From Octopus bimaculoides (Eukaryota): 64,000 nucleotides of DNA. The notes beneath the pieces are model-generated. The model was not told the DNA's origin. It was given only the letters and a program-made list of their open reading frames with translations, and ran no database searches. Both the position numbers and the translations under genes were made by a program. The stretch covers positions 43,241,728 to 43,305,727 of the forward strand of contig NC_068984.1 in NCBI RefSeq assembly GCF_001194135.2, in the 5' to 3' direction. Of the stretch, positions 1-12,512 are shown piece by piece (position 1 is the first letter of the stretch; each line of letters opens with the position of its first letter).

Positions 1-138
1 GTCTTGACAATGTCTCTTTTATTATCTTAGAAAAGAAAAAAAAAAAACCCGAGGCTGCCCCAAAACTCACATAACACACGCTCTCTTCCTTCTTCTCTCT
101 CTCACTTTCTCCCCCCCCTCTCTGGATCTATTCCAATA

Positions 139-367
139 CAGTAATCCATCGCCATATCGCGGTTCACCAATCGCGGTTTATTTTTTAAGCTTACGTCGTT
201 TCCTCTGTGGTGTTGTTTTGCATTTATAATAAAATAAATATACACAAATTATAAAAATAATTAAAAATATATACCGTACAGTACTGTTTCTACTTCGCGG
301 ATTTTCACCTATCGCAAGGGTTTTTGGAACGTAACACCCAATATCCGCGGTAGTCGAGGGATTAATG
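139..367. mobile_element. pogo/Tigger-type MITE
   Basis: TIRs cagtaatccatcg (139) / cgagggattaatg (ends 367), TA on both sides, Tigger-like subterminal ttcgcggattttcacctatcgc. Confidence 0.8.
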
Positions 368-409
368 TATTTCGAAACACGCTGACATATGTCTGATTCT
401 CAAAAAGGC

Positions 410-1683
410 AAACTCCTTAAAACCCACCACCTACAGTCCTATCACACTCTGTTTCATTATCTCAGAAGTAGTACAGAAAGCTATTAACAATAACTTTCTT
501 CAACACGTTGAATCCCTATCTCTCTTTAATGACCACCATTACGATTTTTGTGAAGTTAAGATCTACTGGAGACCGACTCTCCTATGTAACTCACCATTGG
601 GTTCTCCTTGTTGATAAATTTGTTGAAATCAGTGTTGCGGCAACCAACATCAACAAAGCTTTCGATTATGTCTAACATGTCTCTTGTCTCTTGTCAAAAC
701 TGTCCGCCTGTAGGCACCTTTCGTCTCTGATGGGGCTTTCACTGGCATACAAATCTGATGTTCCCAAAAGTTATATTTTGTCTCCACATTTCCCATATAC
801 ATCAACGAAGTACCTGCAGGCACCTCTAACGATGCCCATGACGCAGATGACACTGTCTTTCATTCCACCCGAACTTTCCACATACAAGCGCCTTCCATAT
901 GCAATTTAGACACCTCACGGCGATATTTTAGAGATCTCTACTTCATGAGTAACGGTGACATGGTGATCTTATCTCTTCCAACAGTAATAAAATATGGTTA
1001 CTGCACGTATCATGAAAACATTATCACACTTAATACCCCCACAATAAAGAATGAACAGTCCACAACTAGAATCATTACGACCACTTCAAAAACTAGGCCT
1101 CACACTCTCTGAGGATCTCGCCTGGTGAATGCAGTCTCAACATAGAAAAGACTACCTCTCTAACATTGCTATTTCTCTTCACAGATAGAAAATACTTCAT
1201 TTCCCATCAACTACTGCCCCTCTTCAAAGCTTAACTAAGGTCCATAATGAAGTACTAGTTCCACATTTGGGACAGTATTGCTGCTATATACGCAGACATC
1301 TGAAACTGCATCTAATGAAATGCTACACGACTGGTTGGTCATGAAGCCACTCATAAAAACACTCCAGCCTCTGGTTTATAGATTTGCTGCTGTCTCTTTT
1401 CTTTATCGTTTCTAAAGCTACTACAATAGCCCCTGCTGCTCGAAGCATTCACTCGTCTCTTTCGCTTCCCCTCATAACCTATATTGTGTCCATCACTCTA
1501 GGCCCTGCACTAATCACTACACTTGGCCCTTCCTTCACAGAACACCGCCCTTCTGGAATTACTTTCCTGAACGTATCTTTTGCTACAGTTTAAGCGAGAT
1601 GTTAGTGACCTCGATCTCACCGACAACAGAGCGTCTGCAGAGGCTTTAAGTGCAGACCTCTCTTCCATGCTAAATAAAAAAGA
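410..1683 (+). mobile_element. Degraded LINE (CR1/L2/Jockey-group) RT and C-terminus with 3' end
   Basis: Frameshifted translation gives PTTYSPITL..., NINKAFDYV, SDVPKSYILSP..YINE..ADDTVF (YADD region), LGLTLSEDLAW, and FWNYFP..FKRDV; ends in an A-rich tail. Confidence 0.85.
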
Positions 1684-1959
1684 ATAGATGTTTGTGTGTG
1701 TAGCAGCTACGATAAACACAAACATGTTTGAAGTACAGTGATATAGGTCACACTTCAGCTTTTTAGAGGGTTATCAACTGATCAAGAGCTAAAGTATTTT
1801 CTGTCTGTACAATTTCGGCAATGTTATTCGTAACTATTCGAAAAATAAAAAAAACAACTTTTGAGTACCAACTGGTAACAATATGCTAATGTATTTAACA
1901 CCATTAATGATATTACAAAACTTAAACCTAAGTCAAAGAACATAACTAACACTTCATAT

Positions 1960-2198
1960 TTAACAATTTGTCTACCAAGCCCATTTGCTTTTGTACCAGA
2001 GGTCTAATTTTGTTATAAGTTATGCATAAAATTTTTTTTAACTATATATATGCTGAAATTCACCATATAAACTACTTCTTTGATTTATAGAATGGATACC
2101 ACTGGTGACTCCTGTAGTACAGAACGAATATTACAGTCATCATATTCATTCTGTACAGCGGGAATCATCAATGATACCCATGGTAGATAAAGTGTTAA
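1960..2198. mobile_element. piggyBac-like MITE (TTAA-flanked)
   Basis: ttaacaatttgtctacca at 1960 is the reverse complement of tggtagataaagtgttaa ending 2198. Confidence 0.6.
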
Positions 2199-3454
2199 AG
2201 AAAGAACTTCACATAATCTCATTTACCTTTTGAATTTTTCTTCCTTTTTTTTTTTGCCGAGAGAGAAATTATTAAGAGCGTTCACTACGCATGAGTGAAC
2301 AGCGGAAAACGTAATTCAGTAATATTTCTCCTGTGTAATGTTTGTCTGCCACATATGGTAGGTATTTCTCTTAATTTGATTTAATTTGCTCCTTAAATGT
2401 TGTTGCTGTGACATTGTTGAATATCTGGACAGAACTCGACACTTCTCGCTTCGTAGGAGTGTCTGCAGCAACATGTAAGCCAGAAAACGAAATAAAACGA
2501 ACGTACTTGTAGAATGAAAATTTGAAGCTCATATTAGCAACTTGAGAATTTTCATAACCAATAAGTGTAGTAATAAAAACGAAACGGAATGTTTGCAATG
2601 TAGTAATGTAATGTAGTAACTTTTCTTCCGCCCGAATTTTTGCCAAGCTTCTAGAGTAAAAGCTTAGAAGTTATGTAGCTAGAAGTTAAAGATTAGTGGA
2701 TTATATACATATTTATGAAAGTGGAGAGATTAATTAGGATATTTGTCGAAAGTGTACAGGGTAACTGAAGGACTTAGCAAAATAATTGTGCTTTCAGACC
2801 TCATCGAAATATGTTTAATTTTTACAAAAAAAAAAAAAAAAAANNNNNNNNNNNNNNNNNNNNNNNNNNNNNNNNNNNNNNNNNNNNNNNNNNNNNNNNN
2901 NNNNNNNNNNNNNNNNNNNNNNNNNNNNNNNNNNNNNNNNNNNNNNNNGAAGGGCAAAATTGACTCGGCGGGAGTTACACTTAGAACGTAAAGAACTGGT
3001 GCAATTACAGCAGAGCATTTCATCCGATGCTCTAACGCGTTTACCAATGAACTAAAATTGAGACGGATTTTAATGATAGAGTAACGTCAAGGATGCAATT
3101 AATATTGATTTCTAACAGGGAAAGGATGCAAATGCTTCAGGCATGTATACGCTGGAAGATCGACCCAGTATTTGACTGGTATCATTTCATTATCCTTAGA
3201 ACGATCTAGACTTTGGACATAATTAATATTGCCTATACAATCGACTTCGTAAAGACAATAGGCATTTCTGATCGGCGAAAACCGATAGCTGGAGACTATC
3301 AGAGTTTTTGGTCTATCGTTGACACAATATAACAAATGAAGTAAGCGTTCAGTCTGCTGGCCGTGAATGCAATCAAAACCAAACAATTTCCATGTCGAGC
3401 ATATTTTCAAATATTTATTCCTTCTAACAAAAAACGTTATATAACAATGATTCA

Positions 3455-3633
3455 AATTTTGGCATAAGGCCAGAAATTTTGGGGGGATGGAGTAACTGGT
3501 ATTTATTTTATCGACCCGGAATGGATTAAAGGCAACGTTGACCTCGGCAGAATTTGAACTCAGGACATGAAGACGGGCGAAATGCTTGCTACGCATTTTG
3601 CCCGGCGTACTAACGATTCTGCCTGCTCGCCGC
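3455..3633 (-). mobile_element. SINE family A (tRNA head, Deu/Nin-like core), internally deleted
   Basis: Reverse complement of ggcggcgagctggcagaatcgttag... and gaggtcaacgttgcctttaatcc...gtcgataaaataaataccag. Confidence 0.85.
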
Positions 3634-4116
3634 ATTACAACGTTATATAACATTAACAAAAAACAAACATTTTGACCAGACTACTGCAAACTCATCCTAT
3701 ATATTGCTAATCTTAGGCTTGATCTGTTAGTTGTAACAATTCTAGTCACTGCACCAACGTCAGAACCGATTCTAGAATTAACTGTAGTAGCATCTGCTTC
3801 AAGCATTCCTTCTCGCCTTCAAATACACACGGGACACTTGTATATTTGAGGAAGAGAAGAGATGTTTTTGTTACATAGTCATGTGAACCTGAAAAAAACA
3901 TTTCGAGACTGGAGACATTAGGAAGGCAGTGGGGCTTAACCAAAGGAACATATATTAAAATGTGACAACTCGGAACCCCTGTATTTTGCGCTTTCCCCTA
4001 AAGATGACAAAAACTAATGAGAAATGCAGATTGCAATATTAACGGATTTCTAGGTGTCTATGAGAAACTAAAAGGAAAAAAATCAAAATGACACCACCAA
4101 CACAATCAACAACTAC

Positions 4117-4157
<41 letters not shown>

Positions 4158-4159
4158 CA

Positions 4160-4374
4160 ATCCTTTCTACTAAAGGCACAAGGCCTGGAAATTGGGGGCA
4201 GGAGACTTGTCGATTACATCGACCCCAGTGTTTCACTGGTACTTAATTTATCGATCCCGAAAGGATGCAAGGAAAAGTCGACCTCGGCGAAATTTGAACT
4301 GAGAACGTGAAACGGACGAAATGCTGCTAAGCATTTTGCCCGGCGTGCTAACGATTTTGCCAGCTCGCCACCTT
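4160..4374 (-). mobile_element. SINE family A (agaaaggatt tail type)
   Basis: Full head, core and tail; flanked by (AAT)n and (TAG)n. Confidence 0.9.
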
Positions 4375-4401
4375 AGTAGTAGTAGTAGTAGTAGTAGTAA
4401 T

Positions 4402-4455
4402 AAATTCTGGTTTATTGGCCACAAGGGCTAATATAAAATCAAAAACATGAAATAA
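4402..4455 (-). mobile_element. 3' tip of L1/Tx1-type element
   Basis: Minus strand reads agcccttgtggccaataaa, identical to the 3' end of the L1/Tx1 copy near 16361-16380. Confidence 0.55.
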
Positions 4456-4554
4456 TAATAATAATAATAATAATACAATTAAACCTTGGGAGAGGCATTA
4501 TACCGGTAATAAACACACGCACTGGTTCAGTCCTTTATTAATTTATATAGTTTT

Positions 4555-4597
4555 TTGTTAAATTATTTCATTGCACTCTTGCAATCTCTTCAGTAAC
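4555..4597 (-). ncRNA. Minimal type-I hammerhead ribozyme-like motif, probably in a Penelope pLTR remnant
   Basis: Minus strand GTTA-CTGAAGA-G-ATTGCA-agag-TGCAAT-GAAA-TAATT-TAAC: stem I GTTA/TAAC, 6-bp stem II, core intact; C11.1 missing. Confidence 0.5.
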
Positions 4598-4622
4598 TTG
4601 TCTCTCCACTTCCATTTATTTT

Positions 4623-5190
4623 GAATATATGATCTGGCGTTGTTTTGGCGTTGTTTCGAAACTGTTCGGTATGAGCATGTGAGTGTGTGCAAGCTCGTAT
4701 GTGTGCACGCTCATATGTGTGCACGCACTTATGTGTTCGTGCTTATATGTAAGTATGTGCGTCCATATGTGTGTTTGTAACAATTTCGTTTATATCAGAT
4801 CAAATAGAGACTTTTTAATTAATTTATTTACGTTCATAATAATAATAATAATAATAATNNNNNNNNNNNNNNNNNNNNNNNNNNNNNNNNNNNNNNNNNN
4901 NNNNNNNNNNNNNNNNNNNNNNNNNNNNNNNNNNNNNNNNNNNNNNNNNNNNNNNGAATATATGATCTGGCGTTGTTTTGGCGTTGTTTCGAAACTGTTC
5001 GGTATGAGCATGTGAGTGTGTGCAAGCTCGTATGTGTGCACGCTCATATGTGTGCACGCACTTATGTGTTCGTGCTTATATGTAAGTATGTGCGTCCATA
5101 TGTGTGTTTGTAACAATTTCGTTTATATCAGATCAAATAGAGACTTTTTAATTAATTTATTTACGTTCATAATAATAATAATAATAATAA
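4623..5190 (+). repeat. Apparently identical ~235-bp segment duplicated on both sides of a gap
   Basis: 4623-4858 matches 4956-5190; probable unmerged contig overlap. Confidence 0.85.
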
Positions 5191-6986
5191 TGATGATTTC
5201 TTTTATTTGCCACCAAGGCGAAGGAAGAGGAGACAATACAAAGACAGACATAAAATGTGTGGGTTTACATATAATGGAATGATAAACTAAAAAGTATACA
5301 CGGTATACATTAGAAGAAGGGAAGTATACATAGTATATGACACTAGAAAAAGAGGGGAGGAAAGGATCGTGATGGGATCCCCCTGATTCAGGAGGACCTC
5401 TAGGAATAATCAAGGAACCCCACCATCCAAGATCACTCTGAGTACCCTAGACAAGAGCTTATTCCAACTTCTTTCTTCCGACTCACAGGTCTACACTGAG
5501 AATGGTACCATCCATTCATGACATTTTTGCAACTTTCACCCACCTTTTGATAAATTCAGTCGAGGACAGCACCTCCCTCACTTTCCTTTTCAAGTGAAAC
5601 TTGAAAAAGTCGATGAGGGCTTTACCAAATAGTAAAGTTTCTGTCCTTATTCCTTTCAGCCTNNNNNNNNNNATCATCATTATGGACTCGGACGACAGAC
5701 GGTTTTGTCCTACACGCGACAGCAGCTGTTGGACATAACTATACAAGTCAGCAAAGCCCGGACACTGAACGAGTGCATGCAGGACGGTTTCATCGCTCTA
5801 TGAGCATCTCGGACAAGCCCGTCTGACAGCACATCCGTGCCTGTAGAGTTTATCTCGAACCGGTAGCGCCCCCTGGTAGCACTGCCAGGCCAAAGACATC
5901 TGGAAATTATCCATAACAGTTCCCGACCGGAAAGTCCTCCGGAATAGACTTGCCAGTTCGTCTTTGTCGACAACTAGGGTCTCCTCGAGGATGTCGTCGT
6001 ACTTCTCCGCTACTAATCCTCTGTTAATATCTAAAGTGGAACATCCACCGATCCTGTTGCCCGATTTGTAGAGGACAGTGAGCACCTGATAACATTCTAA
6101 GTGTCAGGCGCCCAGTCTCGGCCTATCTTTTACTCAAAACTGCAGCTCCATCAAGGAGACAAGCTGCGGAAAGGTGTGTCTCACAAACGGAACCCACACA
6201 TGTTCACCTTCTAGAAATCGTTGCAGGTGGCGCAACATGAGTGCGTGTCTGCGCATTAAAATCTATGGCATACCTAAGCCGCCACACAAAGGAAGTTGGC
6301 AGCAGACTGACCGCCTAACCATTGGAACGCGTCCTGTCCACAAGAAAATAAACAAGATTCACTCAAATCTAATCAAGCAGTAACTGGGGCAAGGCACAAC
6401 GGTCAGACGATAAATGACAGAGGCGATGTAGGCATTCACCCGATCTTTCAGGGACAGCTTCCTCCCTGCCCATTTCTGGGTAAAAGAGGTAACTCTGTTC
6501 GTCACCTCTTCCCAACTCTTATCCAACTGGAGGTCGGGACCAAACCAAATCCCAAGCAATTTCACTGGTCCGTCAGTCCAGCGTCCGGCGGCATCGATCT
6601 GCCTCTCCAGGTGGCCAGTCGCAATCCCACTGACTTGTCGGCATTGATTTTATCCCCTGTAACCGACTCATATTCCTTTACAATAGAGCCGTCTGTCTCC
6701 ACTTCGGAGGCGTCCGACACCATGACGGTGACGTCGTCCGCGTATGCAGACACTGCCCTCCCAAGTCCAATTTTGAAAGGACGGCCTCTAAACTGTCCCA
6801 ACTTCCACAGCAGTGGCTCGAGAGCCAGTATAGACAGAAGAGGTGACAGCGGGCAGCCCTGACGGACCGAACGTATGATACTAAATGGTTCCGATAGGTG
6901 GCCATTTACTTTGACCACCGAACAAGTGCCACTGTGCATTGCAACAATCCAGGCTCTGTAAAAGGGTCCGAAACCGACCGTTTTAA
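5170..6986 (-). mobile_element. 5'-truncated L1/Tx1-clade LINE (RT, C-terminal Cys region, 3' UTR, (ATT)n tail)
   Basis: ORFs 6562-6939 (VKVNG..VRQGCPLSPLL..AYADDVTV), 6359-6565 (LLGIWFG), 5710-5973, 5798-6085 (CPRC) and 5516-5746; frameshifted. Confidence 0.92.
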
Positions 6987-7304
6987 GGTAATTTCAACCA
7001 ATCACTGACGTCTATTGAGGTGAAAGCAAATACTGCTGTGGAATGTAAACAACAAGTTCTAGCGGTGTAATGGGATCTTTTCCCTTGTACTGGTTTTAGT
7101 TTAGGGTTTTAGGGTTTAGCTAAAACCAGTACAAATGCACGAACGATGTCATAAATAACAGTACCGCCGATTGTTGTTGTTGACAAACAACGGCACTAAT
7201 TTTATTCAAGGGAAAAGATCCCATTACACCGCTAGAACTTGTTTACATTCCACAGCAGTAATTGCTTTCACCTCAATAGACGTCAGTGATTGATTGAAAT
7301 TACC
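6987..7304. mobile_element. MITE with ~100-bp TIRs and TTAA TSD (Kolobok-like GG...CC termini)
   Basis: TIR 6987-7087 vs 7207-7304 near identical (2 substitutions, 3-bp indel); TTAA at 6983-6986 and 7305-7308. Confidence 0.9.
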
Positions 7305-7861
7305 TTAATACGACAATTTTAACACGAAATAACTTTAAAAAGATAAAATTTCCTCAATAACACTAAGAGTAAAAGATGTTTTATATGATACAAGCACTCG
7401 CCGGAGACGTAGTATCCTTCAATAGATATTGGAAATGGCTCCAAGTTTGGGATTAGAGGTACTGTACATCAGTTACCTAATGGATGTCGCAGCAGGATGA
7501 ATAAGTACTCACCATACTTTTAAAGAAAATTCTAAATTTTGGATGCTGTCTCTGACATTGCCAAACTGTTCTTGTCTTTGTTTTCATTGCATTGTGATTA
7601 AGTGTAATGTTATGTTTCGCTTTATGTCATAACTATTACAACAAGAACATATTTGTAACGAAAACAGAGTTGATTCGGACCAAGTGATATACTGCATCTA
7701 AACTGTATTTCTCTTTCGTTTTCGTATCAAATTCAATCAGCATCAATAAAATAAGTTCCAATAGTATATTGAGGTTAATTAAATTACGGCTCTCATCAAA
7801 TGAACTTGTGTCGAGCTTTTTTTCAGAAAGAAAAGGTATATTTATTATTAGCATCAGCTAT

Positions 7862-8085
7862 AAGGTGAAGAGCGGCTGAATCGTTAGCATCCCGGGCAAA
7901 ATGCTAAGCAGCATTTCTTGCGACTTTACGTTTCGAGTTCCAATTCCACTGAGGTCGACTTTGCTTTTCTTCCTTTCGGGGGGGTCAATAAAATAAGTAT
8001 CAATCAAACACTAGGAATGATGTAATTGACTGCTCCCCTTCCAACAAATTTCAGATCTTGTGCCTATAATAAAAAGAATTATTAC
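7862..8085 (+). mobile_element. SINE family A
   Basis: Head, gaggtcgactttgc core and cttgtgcctataa tail. Confidence 0.85.
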
Positions 8086-8462
8086 TATCAACTGTGGTAA
8101 AGTTATGACAGATTTAAATGCATTGTGATATATAGTTACATTTTCTTCGAATTTAGTTTTAATACTTTACGGGTTGACTTTGATGTTTTATCTTCCTAGG
8201 TTTGATGAAATAAGTTTTGTGGATGTAATGGAAGTTACTTTAATCAATTATACCATTTCTTTCGTAAATTACGATCTTGTACCAATGTAAGAAATACCTT
8301 GTAAACAACCAATGAGAAAATAATTAAGACAATAAAACACCAATTAAATATTCTATTTTAACTAAATTACTATTTAACTAAACTAGATTTTAATATTGCA
8401 AGAGAAGACTTTACTCTCGTCGGTCTAGGTAAGATATAATACACACCAGTAACATACATAAT

Positions 8463-8580
8463 GCGGTAGACTGACAGAATCGTTAAGGTGTCGGATAAAA
8501 TGATTTGTGTTTCTTGTGTCGGCTCATTTCGTTTTTAGGTCAAATCCCCGACGAAGATTAATTTTCATCCTTCTGGGGTT
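8463..8580 (+). mobile_element. SINE family A 5' half, degraded
   Basis: gcggtagactgacagaatcgttaag...ttttcatccttctgggg, cut by the following MITE. Confidence 0.6.
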
Positions 8581-8581
8581 T

Positions 8582-8805
8582 TTAACCTTTTAGCATTCTG
8601 AATACTTTGTCAAATGTAATGCTTATTTATTCACATTGTTTTGAGTTAAACATTATCTTGTGACTTTGAGATTTCAATAATATGATTATTTATTTTTAGA
8701 ATGACACTGTATGGTAGGTGTAAGAGGCTTGATCTAGTTGGATTGCACACAAAACAAGTAGACTATTTAGACCTGATATGGCCGGTTTGAACGATAAAGG
8801 TTTAA
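8582..8805. mobile_element. piggyBac-like MITE (TTAA-flanked)
   Basis: ttaaccttttagcattc / gaacgataaaggtttaa imperfect TIRs with terminal TTAA. Confidence 0.65.
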
Positions 8806-9469
8806 AGAAAGATACTAGCTCAGGATGGCAGATTATCATTGGTGGAATTGTTAGAGCGTGGAACAAAATGTATCGCAGTATTTGTCCCTGTCTCTTACAT
8901 TCCACATTCGCCTGCGATGCCACAGGTGGAAAACTGTATCGACCCTTGAACAACATCGGAAGCAAGAAGGAGAAACATGCTGCGAACATGCTACGTAGAC
9001 AGTTGGTGGCTTTCCCTTAAAAAATTACTCAGACCAGCACTATAGATAGGAACTTTACAAGTGTACATACATGGTCAGCCATGCCCAACGGAGTCCTTGG
9101 GTATATATACAAAAAAAAGTTGGTACAACTTTAATGAATCAAGTCCATGGTATGTCTTCGATTCTTTTCGAAATCTACTTCACATTCATCACGTCTATCT
9201 TAAATGAGTTTGGAGAGAGGTATGACACCGAAATGTTATATTCACCCCTGCTCACCCCATAAAACAACTGAAGTCTCCTATAATAATAAGTTGCCGTGAT
9301 AACACTATAGCCTGGAGTTCTATGTCATGACCTTGTTTATAAGTTCTATGATAGTAATTCCCAAATTGATCATAAATCCCAAGCACATATTTTATGCATA
9401 ATAGTCACCACCCTGATTTGAAAAAGGCATTAAGTGAAATAAATATTGCATTATAGAAATAATTCTTTC

Positions 9470-9502
<33 letters not shown>

Positions 9503-9961
9503 CGTGTGTGGTGAATACATTTATTTCTAAAACATTTCGTGGAAACCCGCTTGGGAAATAGCATTGTGGTGGAACCATATTGCTGGTAGCTCTTGTATAT
9601 TCAGAAACCATTGTTTATAACGAGTGAATTAACTAAGACATTTCAGTGTAAAGGGATATTTTGCGGGGAAGCAATAGCTATATGATTCGAGGGCTATCAC
9701 TTAGCTTTTCAGACTTTTCTGTTTTAAACTGATGCGTAGAACAACGCCTGTTTTACATCATTTGTATACTATTAGAAAGTAGAGACTATCATTCCAGTTT
9801 GTGAAACAGTAAAGCGTTAATACCATCTCTTTCTTTAATGTGAGTTCAAATTCAGCTGGTGTTTGTTTTGGTTTCCCTCTATCTGTGACTGATAAGTAGC
9901 AGAATAAACTCGAGCAAGGATCGAATACTCCCAAAATTTAGTGAAATTTTTAAAATTTTTT

Positions 9962-10555
9962 AATTTAGGTACAAGGCCAGCAATTTTTAAAGGCAGTGGG
10001 GTAAGTGGATACTATCGAATCTTGTATATGACAGGTAGTTTATATTATGGACCTCGAAAAGATAAGAAACAGTTGACTACAGCGGGATTTGAATTGGTAG
10101 TGTTGGAACTCCATCGGTTACGATGTCGAGGGTTCCAGTTGATCCCGATCAACGGAACAGCCAGCTCGTGAAATTAACGTGCAAGTGGCTGAGCACTCCA
10201 CAGACACGTGTACCCTTAACGTAGTTTGCGGGGATATTCAGCGTGACACAGTGTGTGACAAGGCTGGCCCTTTGAAATACAGGTACAACAGAAACAGGAA
10301 GAGTGAGAGAAAGTTGTGGTGAAGGAGTACAGCAGGGTTCGCCACCATCTCTTGTCGGAGCCTCGTGGAGCTTTAGGTGTTTTCGCTCAATAAACACTCA
10401 CAACGCCCGATCTGGGAATCGAAACCGCGATCCTATGACCGCGAGTCCGCTGCCCTAACCACTGGGCCATTGCGCCTCCTGAATTGGTAGTATAAAAAGC
10501 CGAAAGAAACACTGCAATGTATTTTTTCTGATACTCTAACGATTCAAACAGATTG
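9962..10555 (-). mobile_element. Old SINE family A copy split by insertion of SINE D
   Basis: Tail and core at 9962-10101, head at 10480-10555. Confidence 0.7.
10102..10479 (-). mobile_element. SINE family D, tRNA-Arg(TCG)-like head
   Basis: A box tggcccagtgg, B box gtttcgattcc, gactcgcggtcataggatcgc resembles tRNA-Arg; 12-bp TSD tgaattggtagt at 10090-10101 and 10480-10491. Confidence 0.9.
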
Positions 10556-10579
10556 AATAATAATTCTATTAAAATTTAG

Positions 10580-11195
10580 AAGAAGACCAACAATTTTGGA
10601 GGGAAGGAGTAAAGCAATTACATAGACCCAAGTACCTGACTGGTACTTTATTTCATCGATCCTGAAAGGATGAAAAGCAAATTGATCTCTCCAAGATTAG
10701 AACTCAGAATGTAAAGAGTCGGAAGAAATGCTAAGTCTTTTGTTCGACGCGTTAACGATTTTGTCAGCTCGCTTGAATAATCGTAATAATGGTTTCTAAT
10801 GTAGGTACAAGGCCAGTAATTTCGAGGGGAGGGGATAATTGATACAGTAGTCCCTAGTGCTCAAGTGGTATTTATTGTATCGATCTTGAAAAAATGAAAG
10901 GCAAAGTCGATCTTGGTAGAATTTGAACTCAGAGCGTAATGAGTCGGAAGAAATACTGTTCAGCATTTTGTTCGATGCACTAATGATTCTGCCAGCTCGC
11001 TGCTCTAATAATCCTTTCTACTATAAGCATAAGGCCTGAAATTTGTGGGGATAGTCGATTACATTGACTCCAATGTTCAAATAGTACTTATATAATCAAC
11101 TCTGAAAGGATGAAAGGCAAAGTCGACCTCGGCGGGATTTGAACTCAGAACGTAAAGACGAACGAAATAGCGTTAAATATTTTGTCCGGCGTGCT
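10580..11195 (-). mobile_element. Three head-to-tail SINE family A copies
   Basis: Copies at ~10580-10772, 10790-11002 and 11010-11195, each with core and B-box region. Confidence 0.85.
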
Positions 11196-11849
11196 GTGTA
11201 GCCGAAAATGTAATTCATAGGCTGATAATCCAACTTTTCTATAATCTGAGACCAAATTCTTATGACTAATTTGCCTCTCATACTTCTACAGTAGATAAAA
11301 ATAGCTGAAGTCGTTGGTGCTTAACCCTAAACCGACTTATAATCAAAGGTGTTTCATCCATGACCGTCTCGCCTTTTGGGGATATTTAGTGTGACATTAT
11401 CTTAGTGGTGCTCAAGCTTTTGTGACTCAGCGCCCCTTCACCGAAAAGTGTTTTTTATAAACGTTTCTAAATATACTTTGAAAAAAGCAGTTCATTATTT
11501 ATATTTTCTTAAACTATATCATCCAGCATGAGCCTATTAGATATTACGAAGACGAGTATCGTCTATGTTAAGTTTTTATAAAAAATAGTAAAGAAAGCAA
11601 TTATGTTGTACCTCGGCGTATCTTCAGTCATGTTTCTGCTCACTGGTAACTCAAAAGTCCGACTCATATTCAAAAACCGACAAAGGTATTTTCGAAAATG
11701 TTTAAAATATTAAATTTTTTATTTCTAAGAAAAATTACGATCCCTCTAAACACTCAACGTCCCCTTTGGTATTTGCCATTCTTTATTAGCTCACAACGTT
11801 TGCAAGGGAATTCAACTACTGCCCATGTTAAGCATCATTGCATTGTCTC

Positions 11850-11945
11850 ATGTCTTTTTTGTAAGATGGTAGGTTGTGAATTAAGGAAGATTTGACTGGT
11901 ATTTCTAGCAGGTCAAGCAATTATTTAGAAGCTCTTTCGTTATCT
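11850..11945 (+). repeat. Old unclassified interspersed repeat (family E), one of several copies
   Basis: Motif aagatggtagg..gtga..gagattt..ctg.tatttctagc; related pieces near 11320-11410, 24090-24290, 25630-25800, 26310-26440 (-), 27790-27950, 53520-53700 and 59220-59415 (-). Confidence 0.6.
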
Positions 11946-12004
11946 CGAATTGGTACCAGTAATTTTAAAAGATTGTTCTAAGCTGCTTAATTCCTCCGTT
12001 TTTA

Positions 12005-12203
12005 GGCTGTGAGCTGGCAGCATCGTTAGGACGTCGAACAAAATGCTTTGCAGCATTTCTGCCCGCTCTTTATGTTCTAGGTTCAAATCCCACCGAGGTC
12101 TTCTTTACCTTTTATTCCCTCAGAGTCGATAAAATGAAGTACCAATCAACTATTAGGGTCAATGTAATCGATTTGCTACCACTCCTCAAAACTGCTGGCC
12201 TTG
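12005..12203 (+). mobile_element. SINE family A
   Basis: gagctggcagcatcgttag head, core, tail cut at ggccttg. Confidence 0.85.
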
Positions 12204-12512
12204 AATCCTGCAACAGACCCGGTCCTGTTTAGGGAAATGTTGTGAACTCGGTCACTTGCACGCCATGAAAACTGAACAGCCGCCCTTATGAAGCCTTGAA
12301 CTCGAGAAAAAAAAAAAAAAAATTCCTACGTTAAAAACCGTTTGTCAGATGAGATCATTACAGTTCAAAATAACTGTAGCAGCAACTATTGTTGTTAAAG
12401 CGGTGTCATATTTATAAAAAAAATCCAAACATATATCATAGTCAGCCTTAATGACAAGAACTAATCAGTAGAGCGACGGATAAAATGACTAACACTATAT
12501 AGTTACATGTCA

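Noticed and set aside
2040-2200. Exon-like open frame
   Set aside because: Lies inside the TTAA-flanked MITE at 1960-2198
3099-3659. 186-aa ORF
   Set aside because: Its first part is read from a SINE A copy; no protein-like signal
7400-7545. Short exon-like frames on both strands (also ~19248, ~39140, ~59925)
   Set aside because: Splice-like signals without a consistent reading frame to neighbouring candidates; expected by chance
10400-10479. tRNA gene-like sequence (also the heads of SINE A, B and C)
   Set aside because: No acceptor stem or T-run terminator; continues into a SINE body with a TSD
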